A stretch of DNA of 63,710 bases, the filler included, from Pseudomonadota bacterium (lineage in GTDB: Bacteria; Bdellovibrionota_F; JAHFAK01; JBDREC01), in assembly GCA_043820105.1 (NCBI GenBank). It is 8 parts of 7 records of this genome, joined end to end, with 100 filler letters (N's around TTAATTAATTAA, not from the genome) between each part and the next. Parts side by side here need not be neighbours in the genome. Positions count along the whole stretch, not along the records: positions 24,460 to 41,743 come from JBDREC010000050.1; positions 41,844 to 45,664 come from JBDREC010000051.1; positions 45,765 to 59,353 come from JBDREC010000052.1; 5 more parts are not named here. One strand, 5' to 3'. A model generated the notes under the pieces. It was not told where the DNA came from. It saw only the letters and a program-made list of their open reading frames with translations, and made no database searches. Shown here piece by piece: positions 40,461-50,745 of the stretch. The position numbers were made by a program, and so were the translations under genes. The stretch's first letter is position 1. Each line of letters begins with the position of its first letter.

Positions 40461-41588
40461 ATGTATTTTAATATTTTTTTTAAAGTTAGATTTTACTTTC
40501 TCTTAGGCATTGGTCTATTGAGCTCTTCTTTTTTATTTTCAGATACCTTAGTGCTTTATGAAAAAAGTAATAAGGTATGCTCCTTGTATGCCAGTTACAA
40601 TGATGACAGTGCTAAAACTTATCACTCTTTTGATGAGTTAACAGCGTGTTTATTTTTTGAAAAACAAACAGAATTTGGTTCTTATATTATCAATTCCAAT
40701 AAAATTAAATTAAAAGAAAACGATCTTTTTATTGAAGTCAATTCATCAAAATTTAAATTATCAAATGAAGTAATTTTAAAAGGTAAGCAGTTTTTTGTCC
40801 CAGATTCTTTTATTTTTGATCTGCTTAAGCTTCTATTAAATAAAGAGTATAAAATAAAAAAGAAACTTCAATCAAAAGCAAAAGTTTTAAAGATAATTGT
40901 CATTGACCCTGGACATGGGGGTGATGATTATGGAGCTAGATCAACAGTTGTTGATGGTTTATATGAAAAAGAGATAACTTTAAAAATAGCAAAGCTTTTG
41001 CTGCCACAATTATCAGATAGAATTGGGGCACAAATTGTAATGACTAGATATGAAGATTATTTTATTCCCCTTAAAGATAGAATTGATACTGCAAATGAGA
41101 TTAAAGCAGATCTTTATATTTCAATTCATATAAATGCATCAAAGAAAAAAGATATTAATGGTTTTGAAACCTATTTTCTGTCACCAAAGGCAATTGATTC
41201 TTACAGTAAGGAAGTGGCATTACTTGAAAATAAACATATTAATTATTTTAATGATATTAAGTCAAAAATTGTGCCCACTTTAAAATCTGTGCTTCTTGAT
41301 CTGGCAATGAAGGATTTTATTGCAGACAGCTCGCGTCTTGCTGAAATTATTCAAAGAAATATTATATCCATGACTACTTTTGAAGATAGAGGAATAAGGC
41401 AAGCTCCTTTTTATGTTCTTTTAGGAGCACAGATGCCTTCTGTTTTATTAGAAGCAGGTTTTATTACGAATGAAAAAGACGCTATTTATTTATCAAATGC
41501 CTCAACTTATAATAAAATCGTTGATGGTATTATTAAGTCCCTGGATGTGTTTGATATTATTATATCTCAGAAAAGAGGTAAAAGATAG
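40461..41588 (+). CDS. N-acetylmuramoyl-L-alanine amidase (Amidase_3)
   Basis: IDPGHGG, EKEITL, SIHIN, PSVLLEAGFITN. Confidence 0.93.
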   Translation: MYFNIFFKVRFYFLLGIGLLSSSFLFSDTLVLYEKSNKVCSLYASYNDDSAKTYHSFDELTACLFFEKQTEFGSYIINSNKIKLKENDLFIEVNSSKFKLSNEVILKGKQFFVPDSFIFDLLKLLLNKEYKIKKKLQSKAKVLKIIVIDPGHGGDDYGARSTVVDGLYEKEITLKIAKLLLPQLSDRIGAQIVMTRYEDYFIPLKDRIDTANEIKADLYISIHINASKKKDINGFETYFLSPKAIDSYSKEVALLENKHINYFNDIKSKIVPTLKSVLLDLAMKDFIADSSRLAEIIQRNIISMTTFEDRGIRQAPFYVLLGAQMPSVLLEAGFITNEKDAIYLSNASTYNKIVDGIIKSLDVFDIIISQKRGKR

Positions 41589-41843
41589 GCTAGCCACCAT
41601 TTACCAGCGATTCCGCAACGAATTATCTAAGGGTTCAAATTTAAAAGAAAAAGGCCTGCTTTTACAAAAAATCAAGTTCTCACGTTAAAAAAAATATAAT
41701 ATTTAAGATAAAAATGAGCATTAATTTCAAGAAATTGAAAAAANNNNNNNNNNNNNNNNNNNNNNNNNNNNNNNNNNNNNNNNNNNNTTAATTAATTAAN
41801 NNNNNNNNNNNNNNNNNNNNNNNNNNNNNNNNNNNNNNNNNNN

Positions 41844-42189
41844 AAGATATCAGAAAAATATCCAATAATCGGCGAGAAAATTATAAGTAAAAGACTTTTT
41901 ATAAATCCACCAATGGACAAAATAGTAGCTCTTTGACTAGATTCACATAGCTTATTTACATATTCAGTAATTAGAGGCCTAATACATACTTTCTTCCCCA
42001 AAGATCAGCTAACACTCCACTTGGCATTTCAAAAATGATCTGAGAAATGGAATGAGCGATAAGCATAGAAAGAATTTGGCTATAAGAAAGACCACAGTCC
42101 AGATAATAAATCACAAAAATTGGAAGCACAAAGACCAGGGCATTTATAAAATGGTAGATGTAATACTTTTTGATGTTAGAGTTTCGCAT
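41844..42189 (-). pseudogene. MFS transporter remnant with large internal deletion
   Basis: N-terminus (FEMPSGVLADLWGRK) abuts, in another frame, a C-terminal MFS segment (SSQRATILS..SPIIGYFSD). Confidence 0.65.
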
Positions 42190-42304
42190 ATGTTCAAAAG
42201 ATTTTATTGTAGAATAATTGTCAAAGATATTTTAATCTCATGCTTGATTTTTGTAATATTCTTTGTTCAAAGTAATGATATTTAGAATATAAAATGAGGT
42301 TTTT

Positions 42305-43381
42305 ATGGCTTTTAATCTTAAAAAACTAATAATTGATGTTTTTAATCCAGAAAAAGATGAAACCGTTTTGGTTTTAACTGACTTGCCTCATGGTGATTTG
42401 AAGGACAGTCCAGAGTGGCAAGAAGTAAGAGAACTTGCGAATAAATGGTATGTTGGCTTTGATGATCTTTCAAAAGATATAGGCTATAAAGTGTTACCCT
42501 TGGTAACATATCCAGCTACTGGTGAACATAATTTTGAATTGCCTCTTAACCAGGGCTCTCCAATTGCACTTAAAGATGCGATAGATCAGGCTACAATTGT
42601 TGTAGCAATAAATAATTATTCTGCCTCTGCTCCTTTAATTAACTTTACATATGAAAAACCTGATTTAAGGGCAGCTTCAATGCCATTTTTAGCCAAAAGA
42701 ATGGAAGAAACAGCTTTAGCTGCTGATTATAAGGTAGTGCAAAGAAGGTGTAGGATAATTGCTGATTTAATGGAGAATATTGAAGGATCAAATGTTAGAT
42801 TTTCCACAGGTCATGAAATATACTTTGATTTAAGGTATAGGCCTGTTGATAAAGATGACGCCTATTTGCATAGAGATAGAAGAGGAATGAGATTATGTAA
42901 TTTGCCAGCAGGTGAGGTTTGTTGTGCTCCATATGAAGGAGAGCGAGAAAATGACTCAAGCAAAACCCAGGGACAAATACCCGCAGTTTTTAATGCTGAA
43001 ACAGTTGTTTTTGAAATAAAAGAAAACAAGATTTATAATATTTTAGGAGAAGGAAAAGAAGCCGAAAAACAAAGAGCTTTTTTTGACAAGGATCCTGCCA
43101 GAAGAAATATCGCTGAATTTGCAATTGGCTGCAATCCAAATGCTGTCATATGGGGAAATGTATTGGAAGATGAAAAAGCTGGGTTTCATTGGGCTTACGG
43201 TCGGAGTGATCATTTAGGAGGAGTTGTAGGAGTTAAAGAATTTCTTTGTCCTGAAAACGTTTATCATCTTGATATTGTTTATGCAAAGGATTCACCAATA
43301 CAAGTGGAATATCTAGAATTTATTTACCAAAATGAAACTAAAAAAGAAATAATTAAAGACAAAGAGTATTTAATCTTTTAA
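42305..43381 (+). CDS. Aminopeptidase-like protein (M29/thermophilic metalloprotease fold)
   Basis: NLPAGE, NIAEFAIGCN, LEDEKAGFHWAYGRS, HLD. Confidence 0.75.
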   Translation: MAFNLKKLIIDVFNPEKDETVLVLTDLPHGDLKDSPEWQEVRELANKWYVGFDDLSKDIGYKVLPLVTYPATGEHNFELPLNQGSPIALKDAIDQATIVVAINNYSASAPLINFTYEKPDLRAASMPFLAKRMEETALAADYKVVQRRCRIIADLMENIEGSNVRFSTGHEIYFDLRYRPVDKDDAYLHRDRRGMRLCNLPAGEVCCAPYEGERENDSSKTQGQIPAVFNAETVVFEIKENKIYNILGEGKEAEKQRAFFDKDPARRNIAEFAIGCNPNAVIWGNVLEDEKAGFHWAYGRSDHLGGVVGVKEFLCPENVYHLDIVYAKDSPIQVEYLEFIYQNETKKEIIKDKEYLIF

Positions 43382-43401
43382 GAAAAAGAGTAGAGTGTAA
43401 A

Positions 43402-44223
43402 ATGAAAATAAATAGAATCAAAGATTATGGTGAAGATTCAAAGATGAAGGTTAATTTTCTTGAAGAAACTATTTCAAGGCTTAAAGAGGTGGATTATTTT
43501 CTGGATTATTTGGATAAGAAGAAAATAGGGGATTTAGATAAATATATTTTAGAATTAAGAAATAGATTTTTAGAAAATGCAGAATTTAGAGTTGAGAGTT
43601 TGGATTTAAGAGAAATATCAAAAGATTTTTTATTTTTAAATAAAGATGATGATATATTTAAAGTAGCACTCTCGTTTTATTTGAGCACATTAGACTGTAA
43701 AGAATTTCGAATAAATGGTGAGATTGAAATATGTAAAAAGGATATATTAAGAGGATTTTTGCATATTAAATATCACTTAGCTAAATCACTTCTCTCGATT
43801 ATGTGTAAGGAAGAAGCTTTTAAGTTTTTTAATGACTATATTGATTATCATACAGTAAGTATTCGTAAGCCAAGTCCTGTCGAGAACCTTGAAGATTTAT
43901 TGTATTCAAGTACAGACTGGCCAGAATTATTTCAAAAAAGTTTCAATCTTATAGATTTTCAAATTGATAAGGGGCAAGTTGGCTATAAAATAGAAAAATG
44001 TAAGTGGCATGAAGCAATAAAAGAGTTTAATGATCCCGATTTTTGCTATTCAATCGCCTGCCATTATGATTTTTTAGCGGCTAAGGTGATGAATGAAAAC
44101 TTTGTTTTAACAAGGACTCAAACGCTCGCTGGTGGCGGGAAATGCTGTGATTTTGTTTGGCATGATATGAGATATGATAGGGAATGTATGCATCCTGATG
44201 AAAAGTTTTGGGCGAACCTATGA
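43402..44223 (+). CDS. ATC-hydrolase-like (L-2-amino-thiazoline-4-carboxylic acid hydrolase family) protein
   Basis: KCKW, ACHYDF, LTRTQTLAGGGKCCDF. Confidence 0.8.
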   Translation: MKINRIKDYGEDSKMKVNFLEETISRLKEVDYFLDYLDKKKIGDLDKYILELRNRFLENAEFRVESLDLREISKDFLFLNKDDDIFKVALSFYLSTLDCKEFRINGEIEICKKDILRGFLHIKYHLAKSLLSIMCKEEAFKFFNDYIDYHTVSIRKPSPVENLEDLLYSSTDWPELFQKSFNLIDFQIDKGQVGYKIEKCKWHEAIKEFNDPDFCYSIACHYDFLAAKVMNENFVLTRTQTLAGGGKCCDFVWHDMRYDRECMHPDEKFWANL

Positions 44224-45050
44224 AAAACACATCAAATATGTTCAATAAAATTTTTACTCAGAATGAATCAGAAATCTGGGACAAATTTTTGAAATTTCAG
44301 TCTGAAATATTTGTTAAAGAAGAGATTGAATTATTAAAGAAATTTGGGTTTTCAGAAAAGCTCAGTCCTGTTTTAGATCTTGGTTGTGGAACAGGTCATT
44401 TTAGTTTTGATCTTAATAAACATTTTAATAATATGTCCTTTGTTTGTGCTGATGTAAATGAAACTTTCCTTTCTATATTGGATAAAAGATTAATAAACGA
44501 TAAGCTTGATAATATTAAAACAATTAAATACTCTGCTGGGCATGAAAAAGTTCCCGCTTTAATTAATAAATGTAAAACAGTGATTATGAGAATGTTTCTT
44601 CAGCATACTCTTGATCCTCTCAAAGTGTTAAGTGATTTGAGGCATGAGCTTAAGCAAGGAACAGATATTTTTATTATTGAAGACGATTTGTCGTTTTATG
44701 ATATAGATCCACCTTTAAAAGCTTTTAATAGGTTTGTTGAAATTGTTGATGAATATTGTACAGGTTTTGCGAGTAATGTGTATATTGGAAAGAGCATTCC
44801 TCGATTGGCTAACAAAGCTGGTTTAAAGGTAATTAACACAGAAATGCTTATTCATAATAATATAAAATATGGAAGTGATAGATTAATGGACTTTTTTAGG
44901 CTTAGCCTTATGTTGCTTGCAAAAACTTCATCAGTTGTTGATGAAGAAGAAGCTTTAAAATTGATTGAAAAATTCGATGAATTTGTAATAAAAAATAAAG
45001 AAGCATGCTTCTTTTTTCATGCTTTTGTTGTTACTCATGCAAGAGTATAG
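44220..45050 (+). CDS. Class I SAM-dependent methyltransferase
   Basis: VLDLGCGTG, RMFLQH; ATGA overlap with the upstream stop suggests start 44220. Confidence 0.88.
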   Translation: MKNTSNMFNKIFTQNESEIWDKFLKFQSEIFVKEEIELLKKFGFSEKLSPVLDLGCGTGHFSFDLNKHFNNMSFVCADVNETFLSILDKRLINDKLDNIKTIKYSAGHEKVPALINKCKTVIMRMFLQHTLDPLKVLSDLRHELKQGTDIFIIEDDLSFYDIDPPLKAFNRFVEIVDEYCTGFASNVYIGKSIPRLANKAGLKVINTEMLIHNNIKYGSDRLMDFFRLSLMLLAKTSSVVDEEEALKLIEKFDEFVIKNKEACFFFHAFVVTHARV

Positions 45051-45117
45051 TTAAGGCATGCTCACCTTGCTTTAATAACCTATAAATTAGGTGATATAAC
45101 CTAGAAATCAGGTTGAT

Positions 45118-45664
45118 TCATTTTAGCCAAACCTTAACTTTAGAAACAATAATGTATACACTTGAAGCAACTATGATCCCATTTAATGGAGGAATCCCTG
45201 GAATGAATTTAGCAGCAAGAAAACCTGAAATCCAAGCAGTGATTGCTATCCAGTTAATGTTCACAAATATAGCTTCTTCATATCTTTTATAATTACACTT
45301 ATTAACTATGAAATAATCAGAAATAATTATGGCTCCAATCGCGGGTAAGGCAATGCTTAAAAAACTTAGCCATCCAATAAAATTGTTGTATAGCCACATA
45401 GCGAAAATGGTTCCTATTAGGCCATTAAAAATAACAAGTTTCTTTTTTGCAATCTTTGTAATGTTTGCAAATCCAAGTCCAGATGCATAAAGTGCATTAT
45501 CATTTGTTGTCCAGATGTTAAAACCAAGAATAATAATTGCTGGAATTATTAAACCCTGCAATAGTAAAACTTCCGAAATATCTGACTTGCCAGTAATCAT
45601 GGCTCCAATGGCTCCAAAAATAAACATTAAAGAATTTCCAACAAAAAAGGCTATAACAGTTGTG
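45118..45664 (-). CDS. codB: Cytosine permease, 3' part (cut by gap)
   Basis: NIWTTNDNALYASGLG, WLYNNFIGWL, PGIPPLNG. Confidence 0.88.
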
Positions 45665-45790
45665 NNNNNNNNNNNNNNNNNNNNNNNNNNNNNNNNNNNN
45701 NNNNNNNNTTAATTAATTAANNNNNNNNNNNNNNNNNNNNNNNNNNNNNNNNNNNNNNNNNNNNCACAATAATAACAAAAGAGCTAAACC

Positions 45791-46849
45791 ATGACCACAA
45801 ACCCAACATACCAAAACGCCTTATCCCTACTAGAAATGTTTCTACACTTAAAACAATTTCCAAAAGGCATTAGTGCCATAAACTTAAAAGAAGAGTTTTT
45901 TTCAAACAAAGACGAAAGAACTTTTAATAGAATTAAAAAAGCACTAAAAGAAAATCTTTTTGATCCACAAGGAGACCCGGTTTTTTTTATGGAAAGGGAT
46001 GGAGTAAGGCAAATCATTCGCCTGCATCCAAAGCATTTCCAAACTTCTGATGTAATGGAATGGCATCTTTTTGGTTTGATGCTGTCAAATGTGATGCTGG
46101 AAAATATTGAGGGTGATATTGATACTTCTCCTGACATTAAGGGTGGTGTTTTGCAACTGCGTGATTTAATTCTTAGCAATTTAGAAAAGCCCAATTTTGA
46201 ATCAAATGAAGCAGGTGAAGTAGGAGGGCTAAAGGAAGATCTGCTTGATAAATTAAAAAAGAAATATTTTTGTAAAAAAGTTGGTCAAAAGCTTTATGGA
46301 AAAGACAATGACCAAACTGAAATTTTTAATAAAATGACTGAAGCAGTTTATAAAGAAAAGCAAATAAAGATTTCAGAATATAGAGGAAACAAGCGCGACA
46401 ATTGGATTCTATCTCCATACACTATCCTTGCTTATAATGAGGCTTTCTATATTATTGCAGCTGATAAAGATTCAAAAATAAAATTCCTGGCCATTGATAG
46501 AATTGGGCAAGTTGAAGTGATTAAGGATTCTAAATTTGAATATCCTAAATCTTATTCACCTGCAAAGCTTTTAGAAAAAGGCTTTGGGGTTGGTGATAGT
46601 TCTGATGAGGTTCAAGAACTAGTTTTGAAATTTAATTCTGAGGTTTCATATATAATTAAAGAACGCTTGTGGCACACTTCACAAAGAATAAATGAACTTG
46701 AAAATGGTGATGTAATTTTGGAAATGAATGTTCCTGTTAATTATGAACTCAAAAAATTTGTTCTTTCTTTTGGTTCAAAAGTAAAGGTAGTAAAACCTGA
46801 TTCACTTATTCAATTTATTAAAAAAGATCGCGAAATTAAGCTTTACTAA
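45791..46849 (+). CDS. WYL-domain transcriptional regulator (WYL + WCX)
   Basis: SPYTI..FYIIA..LAIDRI; ERLWHTSQ..FVLSFGSKVKVVKPDSL. Confidence 0.9.
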   Translation: MTTNPTYQNALSLLEMFLHLKQFPKGISAINLKEEFFSNKDERTFNRIKKALKENLFDPQGDPVFFMERDGVRQIIRLHPKHFQTSDVMEWHLFGLMLSNVMLENIEGDIDTSPDIKGGVLQLRDLILSNLEKPNFESNEAGEVGGLKEDLLDKLKKKYFCKKVGQKLYGKDNDQTEIFNKMTEAVYKEKQIKISEYRGNKRDNWILSPYTILAYNEAFYIIAADKDSKIKFLAIDRIGQVEVIKDSKFEYPKSYSPAKLLEKGFGVGDSSDEVQELVLKFNSEVSYIIKERLWHTSQRINELENGDVILEMNVPVNYELKKFVLSFGSKVKVVKPDSLIQFIKKDREIKLY

Positions 46850-46942
46850 AAAAAATAGGGCTTTTTTGTCTCAGGACTTATATCTATAATAAATAAAACA
46901 CATTGTAACTGTTTGAAATGATTAAAAGCCATTTCGTGACGC

Positions 46943-46959
46943 TTGGCATAAAAATTGCA
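46943..46959 (+). promoter_or_regulatory. sigma54 promoter candidate
   Basis: TTGGCATAAAAATTGCA, GG-N10-GC, about 50 bp before 47012. Confidence 0.75.
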
Positions 46960-47011
46960 CTGAAAAAGCTTTTGTTATTACAGGTTTTCTTCATATGGAG
47001 CATACTTTCTT

Positions 47012-48562
47012 ATGTTTAAAAAAAATTGTTTTATTTTTTTACTATTTTTTATTCTATTTTCAACTTTTTCATTTAGCCAAGACCTCCCTTCAACTTATTA
47101 TAAAAACAATGAGGCTCTGATACCTGTATATGAAAGCATAATTCATGCAAGCATTGTTAAGGGAGAAAATCATTCTCTAAATATTCCTCATCAATATCTA
47201 CAAGAAGATATTAGCAAAATTGAAGAATCCAATAAAAAGGGAACAAAAATATATTTCTTTTATTATAAGGGAAAAAAAATCGGAGAAGAAAGAATAAAAT
47301 TCCAGGATGGAAAAAAAGTTGCTTATCGAAAATTTATTCATCTTTCAAAAAAATACAAACTAACAGTTAAAGAATTATACACTATAAGAGGAAATTTATA
47401 TTTACAAATTCAAAAGATTGTTAAAATTAATTCAGAAGATATTGATTATACCACAGCTGATGAACTTGATATGATTATAACATTAACAAGATATAGAAAA
47501 GGTAAAGTATTTAAAGTTCATAATGATGTTTTTACATATAATGAAAACTCTCGAGTTATTTCTGAATACTATGAAATTCAAGATGGTGATAGTAAAATTC
47601 TATCTAAGGCTGCTACAAATTTTATTTATGGAGATAATAATGAATTAATCCAGTCAATTTATGGTGAAGCTAAACTCGAAGATAAGATAGATTATTTAGC
47701 AATCCATTTCTTTGACCTGCAGGAATTACAGGTAGTTATGGAAAGTGATAATAGTGTTTATAGGGATGATGAAAGACTTAGCAGGGTTAAAGAACTTATA
47801 ATAAAAGATATAAAAGGAATAAGGCACTTTGTTTTTGAAAGGGATATAGAGGGAAAAAAATTAATATTAGAACAAAAAAATAGTTTTGATTTTGAAAATA
47901 CATATGTACTTATTGTCAATGGTGATATTGGACAAGATGGCTGTCCTTGTTCAAAAGAAAAAGAAGAACACCTTCGTCATAAATATAGAGTAGAAGAATC
48001 TTATGCAGCTTTTAAGCAAATAGGGATTCCAGATGATAAGATAATTATTTTATCTTCATATACAGATTTTGAGTTCAAAGGTAAGGAAATTGATTCAGCT
48101 AGCAATGTTCATCCTCGTGCTCAAGGCACTAATGATGGCAGAGGTACAATAGGTGAATTTATAAATGCTATTAATTTATTAAATGGCATTTTGAGTGCTG
48201 AAAATGCTAATTTACTAGTATATTTTACAGGCCATGGAGAAAGAATATCAGGTCAAGCAGCACTTGTTTTAGAAGATGAACTTTTATTTGAAGATGAAAT
48301 AAGAGCATATTTATCAGTATTAAATTATGAATCATTGGCTGTTATTAATGATCATTGCTTTAGCGGAGGTATTTCTGAAAGACTAACATCACTAGATGGT
48401 GATCTTACCTTAATCTCATCAATTGATAGATTCCACACATCATTTTGTCCTCATTTTGGACCTGTATTTTGGGAAAGTTTTTTAAATGAAGGTAGTTTTT
48501 CGGATGCCTATAAATCTGTTATTGAAGTTGAAAATTCAGCTAATGATCCTTTTATGTTTTAA
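47012..48562 (+). CDS. Secreted protein with C-terminal clan CD (caspase/legumain C13-like) peptidase domain
   Basis: Signal peptide; LLVYFTGHG and INDHCFSGG His-Cys dyad. Confidence 0.75.
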   Translation: MFKKNCFIFLLFFILFSTFSFSQDLPSTYYKNNEALIPVYESIIHASIVKGENHSLNIPHQYLQEDISKIEESNKKGTKIYFFYYKGKKIGEERIKFQDGKKVAYRKFIHLSKKYKLTVKELYTIRGNLYLQIQKIVKINSEDIDYTTADELDMIITLTRYRKGKVFKVHNDVFTYNENSRVISEYYEIQDGDSKILSKAATNFIYGDNNELIQSIYGEAKLEDKIDYLAIHFFDLQELQVVMESDNSVYRDDERLSRVKELIIKDIKGIRHFVFERDIEGKKLILEQKNSFDFENTYVLIVNGDIGQDGCPCSKEKEEHLRHKYRVEESYAAFKQIGIPDDKIIILSSYTDFEFKGKEIDSASNVHPRAQGTNDGRGTIGEFINAINLLNGILSAENANLLVYFTGHGERISGQAALVLEDELLFEDEIRAYLSVLNYESLAVINDHCFSGGISERLTSLDGDLTLISSIDRFHTSFCPHFGPVFWESFLNEGSFSDAYKSVIEVENSANDPFMF

Positions 48563-48756
48563 AAAATTCTTTTGGGACAGCTCATTTTAGCTAGAATAAA
48601 TTAATGCAAAATTGTAGCATCTGTTATTTCATCTAAATTTGATTCATCAAAATCCCATGCTTGTTTATTAGAGTAAAGAAAGAATGGAATTATAATTTGC
48701 AATTGTAATGATTTTATGCTTTCTAGGATAATTCATTTTAACTAATATGGGGAATA

Positions 48757-50130
48757 ATGATGCTTTTTAGTAAACTCATAGCGCCTTTTAAGGCAGAACT
48801 TCCAATTGGTCCAATTGATGATCAAGAAAAAGTTGAAAAAATGTATCGCTATTGGCGAATAAGGGTTATGTATTCCTTGTTCATTGGATACGCTTTATTT
48901 TATTTTTGTAGAAAAAATATTTCAATTGCTATGCCAGCTCTAGCTGCTGATCTTGGCTATAGTAATACTGAGCTTGGTATATTAGGAACGGTTTTATATA
49001 TTACTTATGGTTTGGGAAAATTCTTAAATGGTATTTTAGCAGATCATGCAAATCCACGATATTTCATGGCTACAGGCTTAATGCTTTCTGCAATCATGAA
49101 CTTTGCTTTTGGATCAAGTTCAGCTCTTTGGTTTTTAGCCATTTTCTGGGGTTTAAATGGATGGTTTCAATCAATGGGTTTTCCTCCTTGTGCCAAACTT
49201 CTTGCAAACTGGTATTCTGTTTCTGAAAGAGGTACCATGTGGTCTATCTGGCATATTTCACATCAGATTGGTGGTGTAGTTATTGCCATACTCTCAGGCT
49301 TTTTAATTCAATATTATGGTTGGCGCTTTGCTTTTTATGTGCCTGCCATATTGTGTGTAATAACAGGATTGTTTTTATTAAATCGCTTAAGAGATACTCC
49401 TCCAACTATGGGTTTACCAAATATCGCTGATTATAGAAATGATATAGAGCTTAACAGAGATGGAACAGTTGTAACAGAAGACAAAGAATCAATTAAAGAA
49501 ATATTATTTAATCGCGTTTTAAACAACAAATACATTTGGGCCATTTCATTTATGAACCTTTTTGTTTATATCGTTAGATTTGGAACCTTTGATTGGGCTA
49601 CCAAGTTTTTGGTTGAAGTAAAAGGCTCAGAAATAGCTTCTGCTGGAATAGTGACAAGCATGATTGAGCTAGCTGGTATTGCAGGCCCTATTTTAGCAGG
49701 TGTTGTTACTGATAAATATACAAAAGGAAGACGAGGACCCATGTGTGCTATTTCCTTTCTATTAACACTTATTGGTCTCGCCATTTTTTATTTTGTACCA
49801 GCAGGTCATCCCTTTATTGATGGTCTAGGCCTTGGAATTATTGGTTTTTGGATATATGGACCTCAGTTCTTAGTCGGTGTTTTTGTTACAGATTTTGCTT
49901 CCAGAAAGGCAGCAGCAACTGCCATAGGATTAACAGGAGTCTTTGGATATGCAGGGGCAGCTATCTCTGGTGTTGGGACAGGCTTTTTTATTGATACCTT
50001 TGGCTGGGGTGGAGGATTTGCTTTCTGGGGAGCTTGCGCACTGGCAGGGGCTGTAATTGCTGGATCACTTTGGAATGTTTGTCCAATTACTCATAAAGAA
50101 CATAAAGAAAACGAAAAAGAAAAGAAGTAA
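48757..50130 (+). CDS. MFS organophosphate:Pi antiporter (GlpT/UhpC family)
   Basis: GYALFYFCRKN, NGWFQSMGFPP, ERGT..W..SHQIGG, IYGPQ. Confidence 0.93.
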   Translation: MMLFSKLIAPFKAELPIGPIDDQEKVEKMYRYWRIRVMYSLFIGYALFYFCRKNISIAMPALAADLGYSNTELGILGTVLYITYGLGKFLNGILADHANPRYFMATGLMLSAIMNFAFGSSSALWFLAIFWGLNGWFQSMGFPPCAKLLANWYSVSERGTMWSIWHISHQIGGVVIAILSGFLIQYYGWRFAFYVPAILCVITGLFLLNRLRDTPPTMGLPNIADYRNDIELNRDGTVVTEDKESIKEILFNRVLNNKYIWAISFMNLFVYIVRFGTFDWATKFLVEVKGSEIASAGIVTSMIELAGIAGPILAGVVTDKYTKGRRGPMCAISFLLTLIGLAIFYFVPAGHPFIDGLGLGIIGFWIYGPQFLVGVFVTDFASRKAAATAIGLTGVFGYAGAAISGVGTGFFIDTFGWGGGFAFWGACALAGAVIAGSLWNVCPITHKEHKENEKEKK

Positions 50131-50211
50131 AAATAATTTAATTTTTTACTGGATCACATTACTTATTTATGATATAAAGAGTCAAATTTAAGTTGAGGCA
50201 ACTTATAATAT

Positions 50212-50745
50212 ATGGATATTACAAAGATTAATTTTAATAAAAAATTAGGTGAAATCCTGCTTGAAGATGGAAGTATAACTAAATCTCAGCTTGATTTTGC
50301 ATTGGAATATCAGTACTATGAAAATAAATATGAACGTGATCATAAAATTGGAGAAGTTTTACTTAGGCATGATTGCATTGAATCTCTACCATTGAAGATA
50401 GCATTGAAAAAACAAGCAAACCAAGCCAAGTTTGAAACAATGGAAAAACCTGAAGATCCTGAAGAAATTCAGGTGAATGATGCTGTGAAAATTTTTACAT
50501 ATAAAGATAAGGAAATGAAAAAAATCGTTTCTACTGATTTAATGATCAAACATATGTTTGTTCCCATGCTCTTTAAGGAGGATGACTTCCAGAGAAATTT
50601 GTACATAGCAACAATTGATCCAGAAGACAGGGGAAAATTAGAGGAGTTAAGTTTTTATACAAGTTGTTTTATTACAGCCTTTAAATCCTCTCCAAAAAAG
50701 ATTTTAAAATATTTGAGGAAGTATTTTTTAAAAAGCTATGTTTAA
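50212..50745 (+). CDS. Stand-alone MshEN/GspE-N domain protein (putative c-di-GMP receptor)
   Basis: KKLGEILLEDGSITKSQLDFALEYQ and KIGEVLL..LKIALKKQ tandem motifs; no ATPase domain. Confidence 0.75.
   Translation: MDITKINFNKKLGEILLEDGSITKSQLDFALEYQYYENKYERDHKIGEVLLRHDCIESLPLKIALKKQANQAKFETMEKPEDPEEIQVNDAVKIFTYKDKEMKKIVSTDLMIKHMFVPMLFKEDDFQRNLYIATIDPEDRGKLEELSFYTSCFITAFKSSPKKILKYLRKYFLKSYV

Noticed and set aside
48685-48700. Possible sigma54 site before the GlpT-like gene
   Set aside because: GG to GC spacing is 11, not the required 10.
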